Assembly: GCA_964510025.1 (NCBI GenBank) | Contig: CAZDZV010000005.1 | Span: forward strand, 1-64,000 | DNA from: an uncultured Methanosarcinales archaeon | GTDB taxonomy: Archaea > Nanobdellota > Nanobdellia > Woesearchaeales > DATDXC01 | DNA: 64,000 bases | Direction: 5' to 3' | In this document: one piece after another, positions 28,427 through 39,072 of the stretch | Position numbering within the stretch: the stretch's first letter is position 1 | Layout of the letters: every line of letters begins with the position of its first letter | Position numbers and translations under genes: made by a program | The notes under the pieces: generated by a model | What the model saw: only the letters and a program-made list of their open reading frames with translations | Database searches by the model: none | What the model was told of the DNA's origin: nothing

Positions 28427-28840
28427 TAGACCAAGCTTCTTGTCTATCTTGTTTGCTATGATGCGCAGATTAGAGCAGGTCCTTTTGATATCTTCCTCAA
28501 CTTCATCTATCAGATCCTTCAGGTTATCCACCCTTAACATGTACCTGTTGGATTCATGAACAACTATGCCTGCCTTCATCAGGTTATTGATATGATGGAC
28601 AACTGTGCCCCTCGAAAGATCCAGTCGAAAGGCCAGCTCATCTGAGCTTAATGGGCGTCTCAGCTTGGCAGCTTTCAAAAGTTCCAAGAAGGTCCTGAAA
28701 CAAGACTTATCTTTGTCACGTAAGTTGAAAAGGCCCAAAGAATGGCCAAACCATTGGAGTTCCTGGTTAATATTTTCCTCTGCAGGTCTTCTTACATTGA
28801 CAATGGTTATCTTCCTGCTATAGAATCTCATATGCAACAT
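28421..28840 (-). CDS. Winged-helix (ArsR/TrmB-like) transcriptional regulator
   Basis: LSSDELAFRLDLSRGTVVHHINNLMKAGIV; divergent from grpE. Confidence 0.85.
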   Translation of the reverse strand: MLHMRFYSRKITIVNVRRPAEENINQELQWFGHSLGLFNLRDKDKSCFRTFLELLKAAKLRRPLSSDELAFRLDLSRGTVVHHINNLMKAGIVVHESNRYMLRVDNLKDLIDEVEEDIKRTCSNLRIIANKIDKKLGLS

Positions 28841-28952
28841 GAAGAAGCAAGAATATATAAGCTTTTTGCTAAGATATATAGTCTAGAATAGAAAACTTTA
28901 TATATTAGTAGATTTTACCAATAAACTGTTGACTTTAAATCAACAAGAAAAA

Positions 28953-29459
28953 ATGACAAAAACTAACAAAAAAGAAAAAAAGAAAGGAAAGCAGGATGAC
29001 AAGGACAAAAAAATAGCAGAGTTAACTGATATGCTCCAGAGGCTTCAAGCTGAATTTGAGAACTATAAGAAGTATATTGAAAAGAGAAATGAAGAGGTCA
29101 AGAGATACGCAAAAGCAGATATTATTGAAAAATTACTGCCGATACTGGACTCCTTTGAGATTGCGCTGAAGAACAAGGACAGGGAAGAATTTTTGAAGGG
29201 CATTGAGCTTATCTATTCCCAGCTGCACGGGCTGCTCGAGAAGGAGGGGTTGAGAAGGATTGGGGCAGAGGGAAAGTGTGACCCGAATCTCCATGAGGTC
29301 CTTCTGACAGAGCCTTCAGAAAGGGAAGAGGATACTATCCTGGAAGAGCTGCAAAGAGGCTACACTCTCGGAGACAGGATCATAAGGTACAGCAAGGTCA
29401 AAGTCAGTAAACATGATAAAAAAGGAAACACCTCTACAGGTTGTGAAAAAGCTAGGTGA
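28953..29459 (+). CDS. grpE: Nucleotide exchange factor GrpE
   Basis: RLQAEFENYKK, LLPILDSFE, DPNLHE, QRGY..IIRYSKV. Confidence 0.93.
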   Translation: MTKTNKKEKKKGKQDDKDKKIAELTDMLQRLQAEFENYKKYIEKRNEEVKRYAKADIIEKLLPILDSFEIALKNKDREEFLKGIELIYSQLHGLLEKEGLRRIGAEGKCDPNLHEVLLTEPSEREEDTILEELQRGYTLGDRIIRYSKVKVSKHDKKGNTSTGCEKAR

Positions 29460-29913
29460 ACCATGCGAAAGATGCGGACATTGCTGCCAATATAGCTCTG
29501 GCTTTTTAGCTGGAGATGATGTCAGGAGGATATCAGGCTATCTGGGCATAGGAGAAGATGAGCTCAAAAAGAGGTTTTTGGAAAAATCCGAGAAATTCAA
29601 CACACATAGATACAGGCCAAAGCTGATACGCGATGGAAAGCCCTATGGCAGGTGCATATTTTATGAGAACGGATGCAAGATACATGCGGTCAAGCCGCTG
29701 CAGTGCAGAATCAACAACTGCAGTGAGCATGGGCAACAGCTAGCACTATGGTTCATGCTCAACTATTTTGTAAACAGCAAAGACCCTGAATCAATAAGAC
29801 AATATGATGTCTATCTAAGATCAGGAGGAAAGACCCTGCCAGGTGGGGAAATCGATAAACTGGTGCCGGACAAGGAAAAGCTGGCTAAGATATTGAAATT
29901 TGAAATTAGGTGA
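29413..29913 (+). CDS. YkgJ/FliB family cysteine-cluster protein
   Basis: CERCGHCC, CIF...CKIH.VKPLQCR. Confidence 0.88.
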   Translation: MIKKETPLQVVKKLGEPCERCGHCCQYSSGFLAGDDVRRISGYLGIGEDELKKRFLEKSEKFNTHRYRPKLIRDGKPYGRCIFYENGCKIHAVKPLQCRINNCSEHGQQLALWFMLNYFVNSKDPESIRQYDVYLRSGGKTLPGGEIDKLVPDKEKLAKILKFEIR

Positions 29914-29917
29914 GAAA

Positions 29918-30268
29918 ATGGCTGAAAAAAAGATTAATTTTGGCATAGATGATGGCGATAATTTTTTTGCGCACGAAGCCAGCGTGAATTTTAATCCGAC
30001 CCAATTTATACTGGATTTCAAGTGTATCACCCCCAGGGTCGATCCAAGATCCAACGAAGGGCCTTTGATCACTATCAAACACAACGTGATAATGCTTGAA
30101 GCCTATCATGCAAAAAGATTTTTGGAATTCTTGCAAAAAAGGGTAGATGATTATGAGAAAGAGTTTGGAAAAATAACCAAACCTAAGGCAATGAAGATGA
30201 TTGACAAGAAAAGAAAGAAGATGCCGAAGAAGAAGGAAAAAATAGACACACCTTCATATTTCGGATAA
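29918..30268 (+). CDS. DUF3467-like protein
   Basis: FFAHE..V...PTQFILDF, H AKRF...L...V..YEKEFGKI pattern. Confidence 0.7.
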   Translation: MAEKKINFGIDDGDNFFAHEASVNFNPTQFILDFKCITPRVDPRSNEGPLITIKHNVIMLEAYHAKRFLEFLQKRVDDYEKEFGKITKPKAMKMIDKKRKKMPKKKEKIDTPSYFG

Positions 30269-30280
30269 AAGGTGATAAAT

Positions 30281-32167
30281 ATGGCAGAAAAAAAAACCAA
30301 AGAAAAGATAATAGGAATTGATCTTGGGACCAGCAACAGCGCTGCTGCTGTTCTGCAGGCCGGAAAACCCACCATAATACCTTCTGCAGAAGGCACTACG
30401 CAGTATGGAAAAGCGTTTCCGAGCGTTGTCGCTCTATCCAAAGACAATCAACTAATGGTGGGTGAGCCCGCCAGGAGACAGGCTGTTTCCAATCCAGAAA
30501 GGACCATCATAGCTGCAAAAAGGAAGATGGGCACCAACTTCAAGTACAAGCTGAACAGCAAGGAATACACCCCTCAGCAGATATCTGCGTTCATTCTGCA
30601 GAAGATAAAGAAAGATGCTGAGGAATTTGTAGGCGAGAATATCTCAAAAGCAGTCATTACGGTACCTGCATACTTTGATGATAATCAGAGACAGGCTACA
30701 AAGGATGCCGGGACTATAGCGGGCTTAGAAGTCGTACGTCTTGTTAATGAGCCTACGGCAGCATGTCTTGCTTATGGCCTGGATAAAAGCGACAAAGAGA
30801 TGAAGATACTGGTGTTTGACTTTGGTGGAGGAACCTTGGACGTCACTGTCATGGACTTTGGAGAAGGCGTATTTGAGGTCAAAAGCACCAGCGGAGACAC
30901 ACAGCTAGGCGGAACAGACATGGATGATGCGCTGATGAAGTTTATCATAGAGGATTTCAAGGACAAGAATGGCGTCGACCTTAGCGAAGATGACACAGCC
31001 ATGCAGCGTCTGAGAGAAGCTGCTGAGAAGTCAAAGATTGAGCTTAGCACCACTAGTGAGACTGATATCAACCTGCCCTTCGTTACGCAGAAAGGAGGGA
31101 AACCACTGCACCTGCAAATGAAGATCAGCAGGGCAAAACTAGAGGAGCTTGTAGAGCCAATCATCAAGAAGTGCAAAGGACCGCTCGAACAGGCATTAGA
31201 GGACGCCAAACTCAAGGCAAGCGATGTAGATAAAATCATACTTGTCGGCGGCCCCACAAGAATGCCAATCGTGAGGAAGTTTGTAGAGGATATAATCGGA
31301 AAGCCGGCTGAAAGAGGAGTAGACCCCATGGAATGCGTGGCTCAGGGAGCTGCGGTGCAGGCAGGCGTACTGGCTGGAGAGGTCAAGGATATACTGCTAC
31401 TGGATGTTACGCCTCTTACGCTGGGCATAGAGACATTGGGCGGCGTGATGACATCACTAATCCCAAGAAACACGACAGTGCCTACCAAAAAAAGCCAGAT
31501 ATTCTCAACAGCGGCTGACAACCAGCCTGCAGTAACCATAAATGTCCTGCAGGGAGAAAGGCCGATGGCAGCTGACAACAAGTCATTGGGAAGATTTGAC
31601 CTGGTGGGGATCCCGCCTGCACCAAGAGGTGTCCCTCAGATCGAGGTTTCATTTGACATAGATGCCAATGGAATAGTCCATGTATCGGCAAAAGATCTTG
31701 GAACAGGAAAAGAACAGAGCATAAAGATAACCGCTACCCAAAAGCTAAGCGATGAAGAGATAGAAAAGATGAAAAAGGATGCAGAGGAGCATGCAGAGGA
31801 AGACAAGAAAAGAAAGGAAAAGGCAGAAACACTGAACGAAGCAGAAAGCCTCGTATTCCAGTATGAAAATACAATCAAGGAAATGGGCAGCAAGGTTGAC
31901 AAGAGCAAGCTCGAGCCTATCAAGAAAGACATAGAGCACCTCAAAGAGCTGCTGAAAGACAAAGAAAAGAACTATGACAAGATAAAAAAGGCCAAAGAAG
32001 AGCTTATACAGAAATTCCAGAAGGTATCTGAAGAGATGTATAAGAAGGCTGCAGAAGAGCAGGCTAAAAAGCAGGCTGCTGGAGCAAAGGCCAAAGGCAA
32101 GACAAAGAGAGATGACAATGTAGTTGATGCAGACTATAAGGTGGAAGACGACAAGAAGAAGAAATGA
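30281..32167 (+). CDS. dnaK: Molecular chaperone DnaK
   Basis: [41 protein letters not shown]. Confidence 0.98.
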   Translation: MAEKKTKEKIIGIDLGTSNSAAAVLQAGKPTIIPSAEGTTQYGKAFPSVVALSKDNQLMVGEPARRQAVSNPERTIIAAKRKMGTNFKYKLNSKEYTPQQISAFILQKIKKDAEEFVGENISKAVITVPAYFDDNQRQATKDAGTIAGLEVVRLVNEPTAACLAYGLDKSDKEMKILVFDFGGGTLDVTVMDFGEGVFEVKSTSGDTQLGGTDMDDALMKFIIEDFKDKNGVDLSEDDTAMQRLREAAEKSKIELSTTSETDINLPFVTQKGGKPLHLQMKISRAKLEELVEPIIKKCKGPLEQALEDAKLKASDVDKIILVGGPTRMPIVRKFVEDIIGKPAERGVDPMECVAQGAAVQAGVLAGEVKDILLLDVTPLTLGIETLGGVMTSLIPRNTTVPTKKSQIFSTAADNQPAVTINVLQGERPMAADNKSLGRFDLVGIPPAPRGVPQIEVSFDIDANGIVHVSAKDLGTGKEQSIKITATQKLSDEEIEKMKKDAEEHAEEDKKRKEKAETLNEAESLVFQYENTIKEMGSKVDKSKLEPIKKDIEHLKELLKDKEKNYDKIKKAKEELIQKFQKVSEEMYKKAAEEQAKKQAAGAKAKGKTKRDDNVVDADYKVEDDKKKK

Positions 32168-32240
32168 ATCGACAATGGAGGAAATTCCTGATTGCGCTTG
32201 ATGTGCAACCTATGGCCCCAATATTTCAAAATAGGTCTTG

Positions 32241-32756
32241 ATGGTAAGAATAGCAGCGATCAACGGAAGCCCAAGAAAGGGCAATACAGAGTCTATGCTA
32301 GATGTACTGCTTAAGGGAACTGGTTCTGAGATTATTAACCTGAGGCAGAAAAAAATAGACTTCTGCGGCGGGGGCGATGAGTATTGCGGAAAAGCCGGCG
32401 GCTGCTGCATCAAGGATGACATGGGAAAGATTTATCCCATATTGGAACAGGCTGACCTGATCATCCTGGCCTCGCCTTGCTATTTTTCCAACGTTACCGC
32501 TATCATGAAGGCTTTTATGGACAGGTGCAATCCCTATTATTTCAACAGAAAACTGGAAGGAAAAAGGTTCTTCCTTATGATGGTGGGAGGCCATGAAGTT
32601 TCTGTCAAAAAGGGGATGGTGTGCATGGAGAACTTCTTGAAGGGGATATATGGTAAAAAAATCGGGGAATTCTATGCTGTAGCGGAACAGCATCTAAACA
32701 AAAAAATTATTAAAGAACTAGAAAACATCCGAAAAAAGCTGATAGAAAATGGCTAA
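32241..32756 (+). CDS. Flavodoxin family / iron-sulfur flavoprotein
   Basis: [15 protein letters not shown]....CCIKDDM, ASPCYF, KAFMDR. Confidence 0.88.
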   Translation: MVRIAAINGSPRKGNTESMLDVLLKGTGSEIINLRQKKIDFCGGGDEYCGKAGGCCIKDDMGKIYPILEQADLIILASPCYFSNVTAIMKAFMDRCNPYYFNRKLEGKRFFLMMVGGHEVSVKKGMVCMENFLKGIYGKKIGEFYAVAEQHLNKKIIKELENIRKKLIENG

Positions 32757-33870
32757 AGACAAGGACTACTACAAGGTATTGGGGGTGGATAAGAATTCTA
32801 CCAAAGAAGAGATCAAAAAAGCCTATAAAAAATTAGCAAAAAAATACCATCCGGATATAAATAAGGACCCTGAATCCCAGGAGAAATTCAAAGAGATCAA
32901 CGAAGCTGCTGCAGTTCTTGGCGATGATGAGAAAAGAGCAAAGTATGACCAGTTCGGAAGCACGTATGAGCAGTTCTCAGGCGGAAGGGGGTTTGATTTT
33001 TCAGATTTTGGATTTGATTTTGGCGGATTTTCCGGAGGGATGTTTGATTTTGGTGATATATTTGACCAGTTCTTCGGAGGGGGATTCAGCTCCCAGAGAA
33101 GGAGAGGGCCCAAAAGAGGGGCTGATCTGAGGTATGATATGGAAATAAGCCTTGAGCAAGCTGCAAAAGGAGTAAACCAGAAAATTTCTATACCCCGGCT
33201 TGAGAAATGCGAGAAATGCGACGGAACCGGAGCAAAATCTGAATCAGACATAGTAGAATGCCCCAATTGCGGCGGAAGAGGGGCTGTGCAAAAGACCCAA
33301 AGGACCCCGTTCGGCGTATTTGCAACAACCACTACCTGCAGAAAATGCCATGGTTCGGGCAAGTATATCAAGGAAGAATGCAGGCAATGCGACGGAACCG
33401 GTGTGGTCAGAAAAACAAGAAATATAGAGGTGAACATACCTGCAGGGGCAGAGGAAGGAACAAACCTACGGATAAGGGGCGAAGGAGAGGCCGGTGAAAA
33501 AGGCGGTGAATCTGGAGATCTATTTATTGTGATACATGTAAAGGAGCATGAAACCTTCAAAAGAAGCGGAGATGATATCTTTGTCAAGGTGCAAGTACCT
33601 TTTACGATCGCTGCTTTGGGGGGCAGTATCGATGTTCCAACCCTGGAGAGCAAGGCAAAGCTAAAGATTCCGGCAGGCACCCAATCCGGAACAACATTCA
33701 GGATGAGGGATCTTGGGATACCATATTTGCACGGCAGCGGGAAAGGGGATGAGCTCGTCGAGGTGGAGATAAGCGTACCTACAAGATTGAGCCCGAAACA
33801 AAAAAATCTTCTGAAAGAATTTGAAAAAGAAGGCGAAAAAAAAGGGATATTCAGAAATGTTTTTAAATAG
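32749..33870 (+). CDS. dnaJ: Molecular chaperone DnaJ
   Basis: J-domain HPD, G/F region, four CxxCxGxG zinc motifs. Confidence 0.98.
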   Translation: MAKDKDYYKVLGVDKNSTKEEIKKAYKKLAKKYHPDINKDPESQEKFKEINEAAAVLGDDEKRAKYDQFGSTYEQFSGGRGFDFSDFGFDFGGFSGGMFDFGDIFDQFFGGGFSSQRRRGPKRGADLRYDMEISLEQAAKGVNQKISIPRLEKCEKCDGTGAKSESDIVECPNCGGRGAVQKTQRTPFGVFATTTTCRKCHGSGKYIKEECRQCDGTGVVRKTRNIEVNIPAGAEEGTNLRIRGEGEAGEKGGESGDLFIVIHVKEHETFKRSGDDIFVKVQVPFTIAALGGSIDVPTLESKAKLKIPAGTQSGTTFRMRDLGIPYLHGSGKGDELVEVEISVPTRLSPKQKNLLKEFEKEGEKKGIFRNVFK

Positions 33871-34023
33871 GGAAGCCAACTAATAAAAAAATGGAGATAA
33901 GAATCAATACACTAGATCCAGGGAAATATAGGTTTTTGGCTGAGTCTCATGAAACGAAGCTGGATACACCGAACATATGCAACCATATAGATTTTTTCTG
34001 GAAAAAGATAGGCCCGGAGCATA

Positions 34024-34521
34024 TTAAGAATATTTAATTTCTTTTATCCGCCCGATGCCCCCCATTTTCTCAACCTGCTCTGCCACCATTCCAGGCACCA
34101 GCTCTTTCCAGTCTTTTCCGTGGAGGATCCTCTTCCTTATCTCGGTTGCGTTTATGAGGGGTATCAGCTTAATCTTTCTTACCCTGATGCCTTTTTCCTC
34201 AAAAAGCCTTTCAGTCAGATCGTTGCCGGTATATACAACATCAAATTCTCTCACTATTTCTTTTACGTGATCAACCCACTTTGAATCATCGTTTATGTCC
34301 GGTATTGCGATTATTTTGTATCCATCGATTTTTTCCCTGTCCAATGCCAGTTCGATCATCTTTTTTCTTTCTACATAGGTAAAGGGATTTTCCTTTGTAT
34401 GTGATTCCTGGGACGATCCGACACCAATCAGTATCTCATACCCTTCCCTGATTGCCAATTTTATGTCATACAGGTGAGCCTTATGAAATGGCTGAAACCT
34501 GCCAATGAATAGCGCTTTCAT
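34024..34521 (-). CDS. nadM: Nicotinamide-nucleotide adenylyltransferase
   Basis: GRFQPFHKAH, ENPFT..ER, NATEIR. Confidence 0.93.
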   Translation of the reverse strand: MKALFIGRFQPFHKAHLYDIKLAIREGYEILIGVGSSQESHTKENPFTYVERKKMIELALDREKIDGYKIIAIPDINDDSKWVDHVKEIVREFDVVYTGNDLTERLFEEKGIRVRKIKLIPLINATEIRKRILHGKDWKELVPGMVAEQVEKMGGIGRIKEIKYS

Positions 34522-35207
34522 CTTTTTATTATCGGAATTGCAGTTGTCTTGTGCTTGTTCATAGCTATGATGGCCCTGAGCTCTGCGGACATCTTTTTTT
34601 TGCCCATAAGCATAAGATCAATTTCAGGATATCTCAACCCTAACTCTGATTCATCTGTCTGTTTCCTGTAGAGCTCTGCGCTCGGTGTTTTCTTAATTAT
34701 TTTTTCGGGTAACTTAAGGTATCTTGCCAGCTCATATACCTCTGTCTTGTACAGGTCCCCTATTACCTCAACATCGCAGGCCCCGTCCCCGTATTTGGTG
34801 AAATACCCCAGCTTAAGCTCTGTCTTGTTTGAGGTTCCTGCCACCAATGCAGCATGGGCGTTTGCATAACTATATAAGACAATCATTCTCAGCCTCGCCT
34901 TAAGATTTGCCCAGGATATCCTGTTCTGCCGTAGCCTTATTTTCTTGAATGCATCTAATAGCGGGTTAATCTCAATTATCTTGTAGTGTACATCAAGGCC
35001 AGTGCACAAATCAACAGCATCCTCAACATTAGTTTTTTTTGTGATACCTTTTTCAGGCATTATAATAGCGGTAACGTTGCTGCTTCCAATTGCGTCAGCA
35101 AGAAGCCTAAGACACAGGGCTGAGTCTATGCCTCCAGAGAGCCCAACCACTGCCTTCCTGAAATATACCCTTATGCCACCTATTAGGTTTTGGTAAATTT
35201 TCTTCAT
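34518..35207 (-). CDS. nadE: NH3-dependent NAD+ synthetase
   Basis: GLSGGIDS, NLKARLRM, GTSNKTE..LGYFTKYGD, PSAEL. Confidence 0.95.
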   Translation of the reverse strand: MKKIYQNLIGGIRVYFRKAVVGLSGGIDSALCLRLLADAIGSSNVTAIIMPEKGITKKTNVEDAVDLCTGLDVHYKIIEINPLLDAFKKIRLRQNRISWANLKARLRMIVLYSYANAHAALVAGTSNKTELKLGYFTKYGDGACDVEVIGDLYKTEVYELARYLKLPEKIIKKTPSAELYRKQTDESELGLRYPEIDLMLMGKKKMSAELRAIIAMNKHKTTAIPIIKR

Positions 35208-35286
35208 ATTAGACTGTTAAAGGAAGGCTGTTTTTAAATATTTTGAAATAGATAGATTTTTAAAGCGCGCAAGAAAGGCAATAAAT

Positions 35287-35553
35287 ATGAAGTGCAGTAA
35301 CTGTAAAAAGGAGCAACAGTGGCTGGAGGTCATAGGGGATGACTTCATATGCAAGAAATGCATAAATAAGAACAAACTTATGGGGCTGATTTACAGGACC
35401 CATATCGATACCTTTCATTTCCTGTTAAGAAAGATAAAACCTGGAGACTACGGCACTTTCATGGAAATAAGCCGGAAAAAAGTTGAAAGCCTAGTAAACC
35501 TTAAGAAATATGGCATATACCTTAAGACCACAAATGTCGTTGAGATTGAATAA
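35287..35553 (+). CDS. Small zinc-ribbon hypothetical protein
   Basis: CSNC...CKKC at the N-terminus. Confidence 0.6.
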   Translation: MKCSNCKKEQQWLEVIGDDFICKKCINKNKLMGLIYRTHIDTFHFLLRKIKPGDYGTFMEISRKKVESLVNLKKYGIYLKTTNVVEIE

Positions 35554-36397
35554 TTGGACTGATTTTGTCAATTCTTTTACTCTTAAGCCTGAACTCAAAG
35601 ATGACCATCCAGCTATTGTCAGCAGGCTGAGGGACCTGGTGGTAGAATCTGTCAGGAAAAATATAAGCGATGGGAGATTTGGAATTCTGTTCTCTGGGGG
35701 GGTTGACAGCAGCCTGATCGCCCAGATATGTAAGATGGAGAATAAAGATTTTATCTGCTACACCGCTGGTCTCCAGCAAAAAGGCATGAAAGAAGCTGAA
35801 GACATCACATATGCCCAAAAGGCCCGAGATAAGTTTGGCTTTAAGGTTAAGATAATAAAGATAGATTTAGCTGAGACTGAGAAGTATATCAAGAAGGTCA
35901 TCAGAGTCTTGAAGGACAGAAATGTGGTGAAGGTTGGTGTTGCCCTGCCTTTCTATGTTGCCTTTCAGCAGGCTAGAAATGATGGAATAAAGGTTATGCT
36001 CTCAGGTCTCGGGTCAGAGGAGATCTTTGCTGGATATGAGAGGCATCTTAAGGCTGAAGATGTGAACCAAGAATGCTTTGATGGCCTTTTGAGTATGTAT
36101 GAAAGGGATATAACAAGGGATATAGCTGTTGCTGAGCATTTTGGCATCGATCTGAGGGTTCCTTTTCTGGACCAGGAAGTAATTGGATATTCCCTGAAAA
36201 TACCAGCAAGATTTAAACTCAATGGAAAGGATAATAAGATAATACTAAGAGAGGTTGCTGAGAAGGCTGGCTTAGGCCTATTTGCATGGAGGAAGAAAAG
36301 AGCTGCGCAGTATGGGAGCAAGTTTGACAGGGCTATATCGAAGCTTGCAAAAAGAAATGGTTTTAAATATAAGAAGGATTATCTGAATAGTCTATGA
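35510..36397 (+). CDS. Asparagine synthase C-terminal (synthetase) domain protein
   Basis: FSGGVDSS, SGLGSEEIFAGY, RVPFLD, KIILRE, RKKRAAQYGS; no N-terminal glutaminase domain. Confidence 0.87.
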   Translation: MAYTLRPQMSLRLNNWTDFVNSFTLKPELKDDHPAIVSRLRDLVVESVRKNISDGRFGILFSGGVDSSLIAQICKMENKDFICYTAGLQQKGMKEAEDITYAQKARDKFGFKVKIIKIDLAETEKYIKKVIRVLKDRNVVKVGVALPFYVAFQQARNDGIKVMLSGLGSEEIFAGYERHLKAEDVNQECFDGLLSMYERDITRDIAVAEHFGIDLRVPFLDQEVIGYSLKIPARFKLNGKDNKIILREVAEKAGLGLFAWRKKRAAQYGSKFDRAISKLAKRNGFKYKKDYLNSL

Positions 36398-37056
36398 AAA
36401 TAGGGGCTTTGGTGTCAGGGGGCAAGGATGGCTTGTTTGCAGCTTATGAAGCCAGCAAGGACCATGATTTATGCTGCCTGATAGTCTTGAAATCCAGAAA
36501 TCCTGAGAGCTACATGTTCCATATACCGAATGTGGAGCTTGTCAAGCTCCAGGCTGAATGCATGGAGGTCCCCATTGTATTTCTGGAAACAGATGGCGTA
36601 AAGGAAGAGGAGCTGAAAGACCTTAAACAGGCTATTGAGATTGCAAAGCATAAGTACAAGATATCTGGAGTGGTGTCCGGAGCCATAGAATCCAACTATC
36701 AGAAAAAAAGGATAGCAGATATCTGCAAGAAGTTAAAGCTGGATTCTATAACACCTATATGGCATGTTAACAGCTTCTTATACACAAGGGAATTGCTCAA
36801 GAATTTTGAGATAATCATAACCGGAGTGGCTGCAGAGGGCCTGAGCAGCAGTGATCTGGGAAAGAGGTTTGACCTTGCTTTTTTGGACAAGATAAAGAAG
36901 CTTCAGATACACAAGTTTGGGGAAGGGGGGGAGTTTGAGACTTTTGTGCTGGACTGCCCCTTATTCAAAAAAAAGATAGAAGTGAGGGAAGCTGAAAAAA
37001 AGATGGAAAACGAATGCACTGGCCAGTATATTATATATTCTACTGTTTTAGCTTAG
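36394..37056 (+). CDS. dph6: Diphthine--ammonia ligase
   Basis: SGGKD, SYMFH, GAIESNYQ, GEGGEFETFVLDCPLF. Confidence 0.92.
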   Translation: MKIGALVSGGKDGLFAAYEASKDHDLCCLIVLKSRNPESYMFHIPNVELVKLQAECMEVPIVFLETDGVKEEELKDLKQAIEIAKHKYKISGVVSGAIESNYQKKRIADICKKLKLDSITPIWHVNSFLYTRELLKNFEIIITGVAAEGLSSSDLGKRFDLAFLDKIKKLQIHKFGEGGEFETFVLDCPLFKKKIEVREAEKKMENECTGQYIIYSTVLA

Positions 37057-37438
37057 AACTCTTATAGATATGCTCTTTGTATGGCTTCAGGCGGTGAATC
37101 TCAGGGTGCATGCCCCGTTTTTCGAGCTGCTCCCCCAGATCAGTGGAAAAGGAGTTCTGATCATAGCCCAGACAAATAATATCAGGATTAATCTCTTCGA
37201 TTATCTCGTAGGGATCATCTTCATAGCCAAGGACAGCCTTGTCAACGAATTTGATCTCGCGGACATGCTCCAGTCTCTGCTTTTCAGTGTATTTTGGGGT
37301 GCCCTTTATCTTCATAATCGTAGAATCTCTGGCTATGACCACCACAAGCCTGTCTCCAAATTTCTTTGCTTCCCTTAAATAGAAGATATGGCCTGGGTGC
37401 AGGACATCAAAGCTTCCGAAAGCCATTACAGTCTTCAT
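37040..37438 (-). CDS. ribL: Archaeal FAD synthase (cytidylyltransferase family)
   Basis: FGSFDVLHPGH, VIARD, PDIICLGYDQ. Confidence 0.85.
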   Translation of the reverse strand: MKTVMAFGSFDVLHPGHIFYLREAKKFGDRLVVVIARDSTIMKIKGTPKYTEKQRLEHVREIKFVDKAVLGYEDDPYEIIEEINPDIICLGYDQNSFSTDLGEQLEKRGMHPEIHRLKPYKEHIYKSSKLKQ

Positions 37439-38208
37439 TTTCTCAGGTTCCAGCTGTCTTGTGAATACTTATGCCCATATAATTCTTTTGCCAGCTTTAC
37501 TTCTTTATTTGTCAAATGGTCATTTAAAAAATCTATCCCCAAAGCTTCTGCGAAGCCATGTCTTATCGCCTTCTTAATCTGGTTTGGTGCGGACTCTAGC
37601 TCCTGGTTTATGGAAGTCATTCTTCGCTTTGTGATATCAAGCAGTTTTTCTGAATTAGAGCTAAACAAGGAGCAGTATCTCTCTGCATCTGTATCGATCA
37701 GGATAGCCCCGTGCTGCAGCAATTTTCCATCTATCCGCTTTTGCGCACTTCCTATAATCTTCTTATTGTTTACCATGATCTCGTACCAGGACGGATCATT
37801 GAAGCATACAGCTGTTTTTTGCTTTTTTTCAACCTGTTCATTCATCTTTGGATTTAAGCCAAGGTTCTTCAGGCCTTGAATCAGTCCGTTGCTTATCATT
37901 TTATAGGATTCTGTTATTGAATCAGGCATTTCTGCTTTGTCGATAATGAAGGAATATGTAAGTTCATTATCATGCAGGACTGCATTGCCGCCTGTAATCC
38001 TCCGCACTAGATCAATGTTGTGCTTTTTTAGATTTCTTAAATTAAAATCGCTAGCTGGCTGAAAATAACCTATGCTTAATGCAGCCGGCCTCCACTGATA
38101 AAACCTAAGCACTGGAAGCTCAGAGGATAATAATGCTTCATCTATTGCCATGTTCATGAAAGCATTATTATGGCCTGTGTCTATGAAACGGAACTTCTTC
38201 CTGGTCAT
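37435..38208 (-). CDS. Lipoate-protein ligase / octanoyltransferase (LipM/LplA family)
   Basis: NMAIDEAL, SIGYFQ, RRITGGNAVLH, KIIGSAQ, LQHG. Confidence 0.9.
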   Translation of the reverse strand: MTRKKFRFIDTGHNNAFMNMAIDEALLSSELPVLRFYQWRPAALSIGYFQPASDFNLRNLKKHNIDLVRRITGGNAVLHDNELTYSFIIDKAEMPDSITESYKMISNGLIQGLKNLGLNPKMNEQVEKKQKTAVCFNDPSWYEIMVNNKKIIGSAQKRIDGKLLQHGAILIDTDAERYCSLFSSNSEKLLDITKRRMTSINQELESAPNQIKKAIRHGFAEALGIDFLNDHLTNKEVKLAKELYGHKYSQDSWNLRK

Positions 38209-39041
38209 GTTATACTCCTATGGAAAGCCTGTTCAGCGTGATAAGAGCTTCTTACCAGGGGTGCAGACTCTACATGCTTAAATCCCAGGCCATATGCTGT
38301 TTCCTTGAGTTTTTCAAATTCCTGTGGAGTATAGTATTTATCAACCTTTGCCAGGTCTGGCCTTGGCTGCAGGTATTGTCCTATCGTAAGAATATCTACC
38401 TTTATTAGTCTCAGGGTTCTTATTGTCTTGACTATTTCCTTGGTTGTCTCCCCCAATCCTACCATAAGTCCTGATTTTGTTATCTGTTTTGGATCGAGCT
38501 CTTTTATTCTCTTAAGGAATATCAACGAACGCCTATAGTCAGCCTGGGGCCTTATTTTTGGAAATAATCTTTCAACTGTCTCGATATTATGGGCAAAGAC
38601 ATCTGGTTCAGCGCTTAAGACACTTCTAAGTGAGCTTATATTAAAATCAGGCGTAAGTATCTCGACTTTTGCATCTGTTGATTTCCTGATAGATTTGATG
38701 GTCTGCTTGAATATCCTGGCTCCGCCGTCTTTCAGGTCATCCCTTGTCACAGATGTTATTACAGCATATTTAAGCCCGAGCTTTTTTACTATAAGAGCTA
38801 CCTTTTCAGGCTCTTTTGCATCCACCTTCGAAGGAGTACCGTGCTTTACATTGCAGTAAAGGCAGTTTCTTGTACAGACATCCCCCAAAATAAGAAAGGT
38901 TGCAGTACCATCAGCCCAACACTCTGCAAGGTTCGGGCAGCCGGCTTCTTCGCATATCGTATGGATCCCACCTGTCAGGCTTCTAATCTTCTGATAGGCT
39001 TCTGCTGAAGGTAGCTTTACCTTAAGCCATTCGGGTTTCAT
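38205..39041 (-). CDS. lipA: Lipoyl synthase
   Basis: CEEAGCPNLAEC, CTRNCLYC, TSVTRDDL, RSSY. Confidence 0.96.
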   Translation of the reverse strand: MKPEWLKVKLPSAEAYQKIRSLTGGIHTICEEAGCPNLAECWADGTATFLILGDVCTRNCLYCNVKHGTPSKVDAKEPEKVALIVKKLGLKYAVITSVTRDDLKDGGARIFKQTIKSIRKSTDAKVEILTPDFNISSLRSVLSAEPDVFAHNIETVERLFPKIRPQADYRRSLIFLKRIKELDPKQITKSGLMVGLGETTKEIVKTIRTLRLIKVDILTIGQYLQPRPDLAKVDKYYTPQEFEKLKETAYGLGFKHVESAPLVRSSYHAEQAFHRSIT

Positions 39042-39072
39042 TAACAGAAGGATGGTAAGGTATTTTAAAAAG

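Noticed and set aside
30772..33680. Long antisense ORFs over dnaK and dnaJ (also over rnfD at 43468..44319 and amt at 52199..52849)
   Set aside because: Shadow frames of conserved genes with Ser/Pro/Phe-rich composition and no motifs
33891..34037. 48-aa ORF after dnaJ
   Set aside because: No motif, overlaps the nadM end; cannot be supported
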